This document shows positions 1 through 7,478 of a stretch of 32,000 nucleotides of DNA, piece after piece; the first letter of the stretch is position 1; each line of letters opens with the position of its first letter. A model generated the notes under the pieces. That model saw nothing but the letters and a program-made list of their open reading frames with translations. It was not told the origin of the DNA and ran no database searches. A program made the translations under genes and the position numbers. This DNA comes from Candidatus Saccharimonadota bacterium (GTDB lineage Bacteria > Patescibacteriota > Saccharimonadia > Saccharimonadales > Saccharimonadaceae): contig CP060232.1 in NCBI GenBank assembly GCA_023898645.1, positions 690,001 through 722,000 on the forward strand, given 5' to 3'.

Positions 1-80
1 ATGAGCGCGCCCGAGAATTCTGGAAGCAAGAAATACGAAAGAACGTGGACGTACAACACGCCATATACACCATTCGTAGA

Positions 81-109
81 TTGCTTTTTTGTTACATTTA
101 TGCCATAAT
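81..109 (+). promoter_or_regulatory. candidate sigma70-type promoter for the 162..668 gene
   Basis: TTGCTT (81-86), 17-nt spacer, CATAAT (104-109). Confidence 0.35.
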
Positions 110-161
110 TTAGTTAGCCACAAAAGTGGTCGTAGCTTACACAAATAGGTAGGAGTGATTC

Positions 162-668
162 TTGTCTAGTAACCAAGACTTCGTCTTGAAAATGCCGCCG
201 AACCCAATGGTTCAGCGTATGTACATCGATCTGCCCGGGTTACAACCGTTTGTCATACCGTCACACACGGTTGCCGGCATCTTGTGGCTCGACAAAGCCA
301 TGGGCATAGCAGACGATTGCGACTACGTGCTCGTCAGCCAGTCGCTTGCCGGTTGGCTAATGGTAGAGTGCGACGTGCTCGATCCGGCCATACAGGTTAC
401 TCGAATGCTAGCAATGCTCGACGAAGGAATCAACGAGAAATCAACAGAAGATTTCATCGAGCTCATCTCAAACCCGTTCGCGATTCGCTTTTCAGACGAC
501 GACTCCGTACCAAGCAATATACGTGGCGAAATCGTCTCGATTGCGGTCATGAAAGAGTCAGACATGGAAAACGAATATGCCGACAGCATCTTTGCTGTCA
601 GCATGCACGCCGACGATTCATTCGTCGGCCCTACGCCAGCGTTCCAGCACGCCATGCAGGAGCCCTAG
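162..668 (+). CDS. hypothetical acidic protein, 168 aa, TTG start
   Basis: Longest ORF in the region. SD AGGAGTG (151-157) lies 4 nt before the TTG, and a strong terminator follows. No motif recognised. Confidence 0.6.
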   Translation: MSSNQDFVLKMPPNPMVQRMYIDLPGLQPFVIPSHTVAGILWLDKAMGIADDCDYVLVSQSLAGWLMVECDVLDPAIQVTRMLAMLDEGINEKSTEDFIELISNPFAIRFSDDDSVPSNIRGEIVSIAVMKESDMENEYADSIFAVSMHADDSFVGPTPAFQHAMQEP

Positions 669-678
669 GCACTACAAC

Positions 679-713
679 ACCCGCATACTTTTATAACAGG
701 TATGCGGGTTTTA
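679..713 (+). terminator. rho-independent terminator
   Basis: ACCCGCATAC (679-688) pairs with GTATGCGGGT (700-709), followed by a T run. Confidence 0.7.
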
Positions 714-825
714 TATTGCAGACAAAAGGCTATTAATTTGCCTAATGAAAAAGTTTATTCCGTCGTTTCTACAACAATTTTTAAGTTTAAACTGTTATGG
801 CTGTGGACAAAAATGAGCGAATAGA

Positions 826-854
826 TTGACAGTGTTTGTATTGCCTGATATATA
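826..854 (+). promoter_or_regulatory. sigma70-type promoter with extended -10
   Basis: TTGACA (826-831), 17-nt spacer, TGaTATATA (846-854). The track ORF start at 826 is the -35 box read as a TTG codon. Confidence 0.6.
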
Positions 855-897
855 TAGATATGATATCACCACAAAAAACAGACAAGGAACTGCGAGC

Positions 898-1413
898 ATG
901 TCTGACCTACCAGAGAAACAAGTAAAGAGACTAACATCCCTCATCCAAGAGGCAGAGACAAACTTGGCAGCAGCCAAGGAACTTTTAATTAGCATTATCG
1001 GTGAGGGCGGCGTTGTCCTCACACCTAAATCAAGTCAAGAAGACGTCACCGGCAAGGTAATCGAAGGTGTCTTCGACGGCCAAGTTATGGTCGGCCCTGA
1101 CGGCAAAAACTACCCAGTACCTGCAAACTATGCCAGCAAGTCCAAACTACTAGAAGGTGACGTTCTAAAGCTAACCATCGCCGACGATGGCAGCTTCATC
1201 TATAAGCAAATTGGTCCAATCGAGCGAAAGCAAGTCATCGGCACACTAACGCAGCACGATGGCGCCTACTACGTAGAAGTAAGTGGCCGAGAGTACCGCA
1301 TACTGCTTGCTAGTGTTACTTTCTTCCGTCTCCACGAAGGCGACCAAGTCACAATTATCGTGCCAGAAGACAGCACAGACGCCACATGGGCTGCTGTTGA
1401 AGCACCGCTGTAG
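898..1413 (+). CDS. hypothetical protein, 171 aa, with a helical N-terminus and a beta-rich C-terminal part
   Basis: ATG at 898 is preceded by AAGGA (884-888) and lies downstream of the promoter at 826-854. No catalytic motif recognised. Confidence 0.65.
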   Translation: MSDLPEKQVKRLTSLIQEAETNLAAAKELLISIIGEGGVVLTPKSSQEDVTGKVIEGVFDGQVMVGPDGKNYPVPANYASKSKLLEGDVLKLTIADDGSFIYKQIGPIERKQVIGTLTQHDGAYYVEVSGREYRILLASVTFFRLHEGDQVTIIVPEDSTDATWAAVEAPL

Positions 1414-1507
1414 AAACCACAATCTTATTGCAGTAAAAAACAGACTTTTTTCAGACCGGTCGTGCTAAAGTATTTCAGTACGATCGCACTTTCGGACATA
1501 AGTAAGG

Positions 1508-1804
1508 ATGGGCAGTAACGTGCCTCTGGTAACGCTCCACTCCACTGGAAACAATTGGCGGACTTTCGAGTTTGAAGATTGTGGCAACATCACTACGATT
1601 GCAGATCGACTTTGCGAATCTTTGCAAGTTGAGTTTCACGCTGGCACTGTCACGGAACTGTACGTCTGTAAACCATACATTGCCATAAAATTCTCGCGCC
1701 TAATACCGAGCTGCTGGTCTGTAAGGGTCTTAGACATCATCCGAGACCACGTCAAAATACAACACAGAGAACGCAAGGATGTACTGTTGCGTATAGCAGA
1801 CTAG
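1508..1804 (+). CDS. hypothetical protein, 98 aa
   Basis: ORF with protein-like composition, followed directly by a terminator. The SD (AAGGA) abuts the ATG, so the start is uncertain. Confidence 0.45.
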   Translation: MGSNVPLVTLHSTGNNWRTFEFEDCGNITTIADRLCESLQVEFHAGTVTELYVCKPYIAIKFSRLIPSCWSVRVLDIIRDHVKIQHRERKDVLLRIAD

Positions 1805-1827
1805 CTACGTCCGTACACTTGATCGTA

Positions 1828-1867
1828 GACCCCCAACGCCATAAAACGTCGGGGGTCCTCTCTTTTT
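1828..1867 (+). terminator. rho-independent terminator
   Basis: GACCCCC (1828-1834) pairs with GGGGGTC (1851-1857), with an inner ACG/CGT extension, followed by CTCTCTTTTT. Confidence 0.65.
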
Positions 1868-1894
1868 ACAACGGTTTTAAGCAAGAAAACAGCG

Positions 1895-1900
1895 TACAAT
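1895..1900 (+). promoter_or_regulatory. -10 box TACAAT placed 7 nt before the dnaX ATG (leaderless arrangement)
   Basis: TACAAT 1895-1900, 7-nt spacer, ATG at 1908, no SD. Confidence 0.5.
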
Positions 1901-1907
1901 ATGATGT

Positions 1908-3389
1908 ATGCACATAGAGGGGGAGACAAGCGCACATACTGCGCTGTATCGAAAATACCGCAGTCGGTCACTTGATGAAGTGGTCGGACAAACACAGGTT
2001 ACTGAGGTTTTGCGTCGTAGCTTAGAGCAAGGAAAGATTGCTCACGCTTACTTGTTAACCGGTCCGCGCGGCGTCGGCAAGACGTCGATTGCACGTATAC
2101 TGGCACACGAGATCAACAAACTGCCATACGGTGGCGAAGAGACACATCTAGACATCATTGAGATCGACGCAGCCAGCAACAACGGAGTTGATGACGTGCG
2201 TGAACTGCGTGATCGTGTACAGATGGCGCCAATCTCTGCCAGCAAAAAAGTCTACATCATCGACGAGGTGCACATGCTGAGCAAGCCTGCATTTAACGCA
2301 CTGCTTAAGACTCTCGAAGAACCGCCAGCTCATGTCGTATTTATATTGGCAACGACAGACCCACAAAAGATCCCAGCAACGATAATCAGCCGCACGCAGC
2401 ACTTTGCGTTTCATGCCATCAGCCCAGCTGATTTATCTGCCCAACTTAAAAAAATTGCCAAAAGCGAACGAATTAAAATCTCAGATGACGCAGTGGAAGC
2501 AATCGCAACGCGTGGCGATGGTAGTTTCCGTGACAGCATAAGCCTGCTCGACCAACTTTCGAGCTTTGCCGACGCCAAAGAAGGCATCACGCTCGAACTA
2601 GTGCAATCGACTCTCGGCCTGGCACCAATCCATGCGGTCGAAAAATTACTCGCAGCTGTCGATGAGCGAAACGTAGCTGAAGTCGTAGGGCAATTGAACG
2701 ACCTAGAAAAACAAGGAATCCAGCCAGCGGTTCTGGCGGATCAGTTAATCCGAGAGCTCCGCAACAGGCTTGTAGAACAACCGCAATTAGTCGGACTACT
2801 CGACGCGCTCATCGCAATCGGCTCGTCACCACAGCCACAACTTAAGATTCTGACAACGCTCGTAGGCGCCTGCAAACCAAAACCGGCCGTAGCCGCCCGT
2901 GCTACCAAACCAATGCCGACCGTTATAGAAGCACCGGTTATCATGGTGGAGAAACCTACTAAGAAGCCCGAGCCTGTCGTGAAAAAACAAGTTGAGGAAC
3001 CAGCCGAAGAACCCGTGACAAAAGCACCCGTAACACCAAAGCCAAGAAAGGCAAATGCCGAACCATTCGACTGGAGCAAACTAGTGGGATATGTCAAAGA
3101 ACACTACGTAGCAGTGTATAGTGTGCTCGGTAAATGCGACTACGTTCTCGAGGGCGACGTGCTGACAATTTATGCTGTACGCAAGTTCAACAAAACAAAG
3201 CTGGACCAGCCGAAATACCTAACACAACTACAAGATGCGCTGAGTCAATGCGGCCAATCCGACCTGGAAGTCGTAACACTGCCTATAGCAAAACCACCTG
3301 CCGATGAAAAACTCGCCAAAATTACTGCTATGATGGGTGGAGGACGAGAGGTTAAGTTGGAAGACGAGGAGAAGCAAGATGGCGAATAA
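1908..3389 (+). CDS. dnaX: DNA polymerase III subunit gamma/tau
   Basis: Motifs: YRKYR..VVGQ N-terminus, Walker A GPRGVGKTS, IEIDAAS, Walker B IIDEVHML, LKTLEEPP, ATTDPQKIP..ISR, and sensor GSFRD. A Pro/Lys-rich linker and a C-terminal domain follow. Confidence 0.93.
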   Translation: MHIEGETSAHTALYRKYRSRSLDEVVGQTQVTEVLRRSLEQGKIAHAYLLTGPRGVGKTSIARILAHEINKLPYGGEETHLDIIEIDAASNNGVDDVRELRDRVQMAPISASKKVYIIDEVHMLSKPAFNALLKTLEEPPAHVVFILATTDPQKIPATIISRTQHFAFHAISPADLSAQLKKIAKSERIKISDDAVEAIATRGDGSFRDSISLLDQLSSFADAKEGITLELVQSTLGLAPIHAVEKLLAAVDERNVAEVVGQLNDLEKQGIQPAVLADQLIRELRNRLVEQPQLVGLLDALIAIGSSPQPQLKILTTLVGACKPKPAVAARATKPMPTVIEAPVIMVEKPTKKPEPVVKKQVEEPAEEPVTKAPVTPKPRKANAEPFDWSKLVGYVKEHYVAVYSVLGKCDYVLEGDVLTIYAVRKFNKTKLDQPKYLTQLQDALSQCGQSDLEVVTLPIAKPPADEKLAKITAMMGGGREVKLEDEEKQDGE

Positions 3390-4728
3390 GGCAATCGACC
3401 CGAAAATTCCGCCGCAAAATATCGATGCGGAGATGAGCTTGCTTGGTGCCGTCTTGATAGACGAAGATGTTTTAGCCGACGTAACAGAAGTACTAAAAGC
3501 CCGCGATTTCTACGACAAACGCCACGAAACAATCTATAACGCTATGGTGGTGCTGTTTGAACACCACAAGCCAGTCGACCTACTCACGCTGACTGACCAG
3601 CTCAAAAAGAAAAAGAAGCTTGAAGAAATCGGTGGTACTGCTTACCTGAGTGAACTCACAAACTACGTGCCGACTGCCGCGCATGCCGTAACCTACGGCG
3701 AAATGGTTGCGCAAGCTGCCGTGCGTCGACGCCTCATCAAAGCCAGTGCAGATATATCTGAACTTGGATACGACGAAGATTTTAATGTACAAGAGCTGCT
3801 TGAAAAAGCAGAATCCGAACTTTTTTCTGTCAGCGACGAAAATCTCAAGCAAGATCTTGTCAGCGTGGAATCAATCCTCCTTGAAAGCTTTGACCGCCTA
3901 GAAGAACTACACCGAAACAAGGGACAACTCCGTGGCATGAAAACCGGCTACCGCGACCTAGACAACATGACGGCCGGCCTACAACGTAGCGACTTGATCA
4001 TCCTAGCAGCCCGTCCTGCCATGGGTAAAACGACGCTCGTGACAAACTTAGCCTACAATGTGGCAACCATTAATAAACAAGCGGTGCTGTTCTTTAGCCT
4101 CGAGATGAGTAAAGAGCAGTTAATTGACCGTATGCTCTCGGACGTCAGTGGCGTAGACAGCTGGAACATTCGCACAGGCAACCTGAGTGATGAAGATTTT
4201 GCCAAGCTCAGCGAAGCGTCAGGTGAGCTTGCCGAAGCGCCGCTGTTTTTAGACGACACGCCCGGTTTGTCTGTGCTAGAAATGCGCACCAAGGCGCGTC
4301 GCGCTGCGCATAATGCGCCACTCGGCCTAGTGGTCGTCGACTACTTGCAGCTCATGCAGTCTAGCTCTTCTCGCAGTGATGGCAACCGTGTGCAAGAAGT
4401 GAGTGAAATCAGTCGCGGCCTAAAGTTGCTAGCACGCGAGCTAAACGTACCTGTCATTGCTTTGAGTCAGTTGTCACGTAGCGTTGAGTCGCGCAACCCG
4501 CAGATTCCACAACTAGCCGACCTGCGTGAATCAGGATCAATTGAGCAAGACGCCGACATCGTAACATTCATCTACCGTCCTGGTTATTACAACCCAGACG
4601 ATCCCGACCTGGCGCACATCACAGAACTGCACATTGCTAAGCATCGTAACGGCCCAACCGGCAAGGTTGAACTGTACTTCCACCCAGAGCGACTACGGTT
4701 TATGTCACTCGACAAACGCAACAACTAG
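3379..4728 (+). CDS. dnaB: replicative DNA helicase
   Basis: Motifs: PPQNIDAEMSLLGAVL, Walker A ARPAMGKTT, Walker B VVVDYLQL, ALSQLSR, LRESGSIEQDAD, IAKHRNGPTG. SD GAGGAG lies at 3366-3371. The gene overlaps dnaX by 11 nt, and the track start at 3337 is an upstream extension. Confidence 0.95.
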   Translation: MANKAIDPKIPPQNIDAEMSLLGAVLIDEDVLADVTEVLKARDFYDKRHETIYNAMVVLFEHHKPVDLLTLTDQLKKKKKLEEIGGTAYLSELTNYVPTAAHAVTYGEMVAQAAVRRRLIKASADISELGYDEDFNVQELLEKAESELFSVSDENLKQDLVSVESILLESFDRLEELHRNKGQLRGMKTGYRDLDNMTAGLQRSDLIILAARPAMGKTTLVTNLAYNVATINKQAVLFFSLEMSKEQLIDRMLSDVSGVDSWNIRTGNLSDEDFAKLSEASGELAEAPLFLDDTPGLSVLEMRTKARRAAHNAPLGLVVVDYLQLMQSSSSRSDGNRVQEVSEISRGLKLLARELNVPVIALSQLSRSVESRNPQIPQLADLRESGSIEQDADIVTFIYRPGYYNPDDPDLAHITELHIAKHRNGPTGKVELYFHPERLRFMSLDKRNN

Positions 4729-4750
4729 TATAGATAGACCTTTAAAATTC

Positions 4751-4905
4751 AACGATACCCCACATATAGCGGAGCATTGTTTATTTTACATAAACAATAC
4801 GCTAGCGCTAGCGTTAAGCACAGTGTAGTATGAGGGCAGGTACTAAATTGTGCTTAAAAAATTATCAAAATCCGATGCAAGTGGGGGTATCGTTTACGAA
4901 AAACG
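4751..4905 (+). promoter_or_regulatory. nested multi-hairpin element (candidate cis-regulatory leader or ncRNA) upstream of the 825-aa gene
   Basis: A closing helix (4751-4763 with 4881-4894) encloses three hairpins: 4776-4798, the palindrome 4799-4814, and 4814-4857. A competing hairpin at 4891-4905 lies next to the SD. Confidence 0.4.
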
Positions 4906-4911
4906 GGGGAC

Positions 4912-7389
4912 GTGATGGAACAAGTCAGGGGTAATGACGGTAGGTTTGTTAAGGCAGAGCCATCACAAGGTTTGGAAGAAAACGAAAAGGGCCAGGAGCC
5001 CGCTACACTTGATCCAAAAGCACTAAAAGCATTTGGTTATTTGACGAACAAAGATGATTTTAGCGGCATGTCTTATGATGAAATCATGGCCGAAGATGCC
5101 GGCATCGACGACATCCAATCCATCGATCGCAAACTTGGGCGCCAAAAATCTGAACACACGCTATTTCTCGCCGACCTTCTGGTAGGTAGCCGGTTTAGCG
5201 ACAATACCTTTTTTAACGAAGTAGTTGAAAAAGTTGGGTCACTTCCAAAGGACCAAAAACCTGATCAAATCGTAATGACAGGTCTCTATATGGGCGACTT
5301 TGGCGGTCGCAAAAAGAATTCTCGCTGGATGCTCAAGAACGGACTTCGCACCCTAGATGAGCAGTTCCATCATGGTAAGGCAAAGCTTGATCAGCTAAAA
5401 GAAATCGGTGTGCCGATTGTTTATGGCATGAGCGACAACGACACCGATATCGTCGAAGAGATGACCTTCGAGGCATTTGATCAAATGCACCAGCTCGCGA
5501 AAAAACACGCTCGCGAAAACCAAGAGGGCGACAACGTCAAACGACAGATGTCTCGACTTGAAAAGGCAAAAGCAAATCCAAACTGGCCTGAATACTATCG
5601 CTTCACACAAGAAGTTGCGTTTCCATACTGCGTCCGAAGTGGGCGAGCACTTCGCACAACCGAACAAGTAGGTCAGGCTGTCAGTGAACTTGCCAGCGAA
5701 TTAGAGCAAAAACTGAGTAGCGGCGAACTTCGTGAAGACGAACATACACGCGTGAGCGATCAGTTGGCTCGACTAAGGCAAGACATAGCTCGTGGCGAAT
5801 ACGAATTGCCAGAACGAGAAATACTTTATGACGCCTACAAACGCCAGGCACAAGGACAACGCCTAACTGCTAAGCACCGTACGATCCTCGACATGAGCGC
5901 ACTAAAAGACAGCGACGCACTACAAGTGGTCGAAGATTTCGAGATGCGCACCAAAACCCGCGGCTCTCAATACACCGACCTAGTACGACACAGGTTCCAG
6001 ACGAGCAAACTACCTGTATCAAACTACTTCGGTGCACCAACGAAAATTCGCAAGCAACTTGCTGCCGACGGCCAGGATACATACGACAATATCATCATCA
6101 CCGGCCAGCGAGAGGCGGCTGGCGTGTTTGGCATTAACAACGAAGCTATTCACTCAATCGGAGGCCTACAGGACGCTCGAAAGGCAGTAAATTCAAAGGG
6201 CTACATCCTTACATCGCCAGCAAATCAAGCTGGGCGTGAAATTCTCGGTAGGCGCCGCTTCCACCCGGCAAGCGCGACTTCCATCGAACGACGAGACGAC
6301 GGCACTCATTTCGTTAACATATGGAACAAGCACCTTATGGAAGTTTCTGAAAGCCTTTCCGAACCAGTTACTGTCATGCTGCAGTGCGACTGGCAAGCAG
6401 GCAACATTGCTTCTCGCCCTGACTTACAGCTAAAGCAGCTCGATATGATAAACCGACGACTTGGGCAGGGTGTCGTGTATGTCGCCCTCGGAGGAGACAC
6501 CGTAGAAGGCCGCAATTACTCCGACTTCAACCGAGAAAGTGGCCGAACAGGTCTTGGTGCAATGGACCAACAATTTGAGTTTGTGCGTCTCATGGTTGAG
6601 CAATCACTGAGCCAGCTATCTAGGGAGCAGATGGAAAACCTCATTATCAAAGCTACTATTGGCAACCACGAATACAACAGCGGTACACTCAAATGGAACG
6701 GCTACTCGTTCTTTGAACCTATCATCGACCCATACAAGCAAGCCTATGCCGCACGTGGATTCAACCTAGATCAGATTCGTAATCGCGTACAGATTCAAGA
6801 CACGCTTATCACATCTCGTGGCGAGCCATTCAAGACATACGAAACAGTATTTCGCATAGGTGAAATCGGTGTAAGCCTGAGTCACTTCTTTGGCGCGGGC
6901 CGCGGTACCGGTGGCCAGCCGCCTGCATTTACAGGGCTAAATCAAACCAACGGCCTTGGTGAAGTTCGCAAAGATATCGATATTGGAATTTTCGGCCACT
7001 ATCACCACGCATCATATGTACAAGGCGGCAACAAACTGTACGTCGGCGCAGGCTCACTCAACGGCCTAACTGGTTTTGAGTACGACAGAGGCCTTCGCTC
7101 CGCTAGCTCCATCGTAGCGCTTCACCTGGGGCCAGGCCAACCTCCGCGAATCGAGATAATCAGCGAAGAGGCGATTAATAACTATAAAATCCCAGATGGT
7201 CCATTTAGCGACAAAGAGCTCCGCGTGAATGATGGTTTCCGTGACGACAAGGGATTTGACATAGGTAAACACACGCCGTACCTAGACGACAGATTTCCAA
7301 AGAGTGCGCTTCAGAAAAAGGTACTTCAACTAGGCAAGCAAGCAGCTTACAGCATCGACCGTACCGGTACTCTTTCTAAAGACTTTTAG
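4912..7389 (+). CDS. large orphan protein with a C-terminal calcineurin-like metallophosphoesterase domain and an N-terminal degenerate copy
   Basis: C-terminal motifs: CDWQ (res 492-495), GGDTVEGRN (527-535), GNHEYN (584-589), SH (657-658), GHYHH (695-699). N-terminal look-alikes: ADLLVG (87-92), GDFGGR (128-133), SDND (174-177). The start is GTG 4912 or ATG 4915, after a G-rich SD. Confidence 0.8.
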   Translation: MMEQVRGNDGRFVKAEPSQGLEENEKGQEPATLDPKALKAFGYLTNKDDFSGMSYDEIMAEDAGIDDIQSIDRKLGRQKSEHTLFLADLLVGSRFSDNTFFNEVVEKVGSLPKDQKPDQIVMTGLYMGDFGGRKKNSRWMLKNGLRTLDEQFHHGKAKLDQLKEIGVPIVYGMSDNDTDIVEEMTFEAFDQMHQLAKKHARENQEGDNVKRQMSRLEKAKANPNWPEYYRFTQEVAFPYCVRSGRALRTTEQVGQAVSELASELEQKLSSGELREDEHTRVSDQLARLRQDIARGEYELPEREILYDAYKRQAQGQRLTAKHRTILDMSALKDSDALQVVEDFEMRTKTRGSQYTDLVRHRFQTSKLPVSNYFGAPTKIRKQLAADGQDTYDNIIITGQREAAGVFGINNEAIHSIGGLQDARKAVNSKGYILTSPANQAGREILGRRRFHPASATSIERRDDGTHFVNIWNKHLMEVSESLSEPVTVMLQCDWQAGNIASRPDLQLKQLDMINRRLGQGVVYVALGGDTVEGRNYSDFNRESGRTGLGAMDQQFEFVRLMVEQSLSQLSREQMENLIIKATIGNHEYNSGTLKWNGYSFFEPIIDPYKQAYAARGFNLDQIRNRVQIQDTLITSRGEPFKTYETVFRIGEIGVSLSHFFGAGRGTGGQPPAFTGLNQTNGLGEVRKDIDIGIFGHYHHASYVQGGNKLYVGAGSLNGLTGFEYDRGLRSASSIVALHLGPGQPPRIEIISEEAINNYKIPDGPFSDKELRVNDGFRDDKGFDIGKHTPYLDDRFPKSALQKKVLQLGKQAAYSIDRTGTLSKDF

Positions 7390-7461
7390 TCTACGCCCTC
7401 GACAAAGTGCGTATTAAATCTAGCACCTAAAAAAGTGCTTGTGATTAGTACGCGCTATGTC

Positions 7462-7470
7462 TGTTATAAT
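7462..7470 (+). promoter_or_regulatory. extended -10 promoter TGtTATAAT placed 8 nt before the ATG (leaderless arrangement)
   Basis: TGTTATAAT 7462-7470, ATG at 7479, no SD. Confidence 0.5.
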
Positions 7471-7478
7471 TAATCCAC

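Noticed and set aside
1-113. Possible 3' end of an upstream plus-strand CDS at the window edge
   Set aside because: Two frames stay open from position 1, stopping at 106-108 and near 113. Neither translation shows a recognisable motif, so frame and strand cannot be chosen.
284-736. Alternative-frame and antisense ORFs in the track, such as 284..736, 323..655(-), 2741..3097(-), 3245..3532(-), 5395..5667(-), 12512..12790(-), 23027..23350 and 25287..25565(-)
   Set aside because: They lie inside or opposite much longer ORFs with clear family motifs. They have biased (Arg/Ser-rich) composition and no translation signals, so they are treated as shadow ORFs.
2240-2456. A-runs in dnaX (AGC AAA AAA GTC near 2244, and CTT AAA AAA ATT near 2447) as possible gamma/tau -1 frameshift sites
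   Set aside because: They lie in the ATPase core (residues about 113 and 182), far upstream of where the gamma product ends. They lack the A AAA AAG heptamer in the right phase and have no downstream stem-loop.
3337-3378. N-terminal extensions of track ORFs (826-897, 3337-3378, 10729-10875(-), 10809-10856, 15156-15221(-), 16914-17009(-), 17966-18013)
   Set aside because: Family-typical N-termini, SD sequences or -10 boxes support the downstream starts. The extensions run through promoters or the 3' ends of neighbouring genes.
4751-4894. Reading the inverted repeats at 4751-4763 and 4881-4894 as the ends of a MITE-like mobile element
   Set aside because: No target-site duplication flanks the repeats and no second copy exists in the window. 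The interior is made of hairpins better explained as RNA or operator structure. The MITE reading is kept only as an alternative in the finding.
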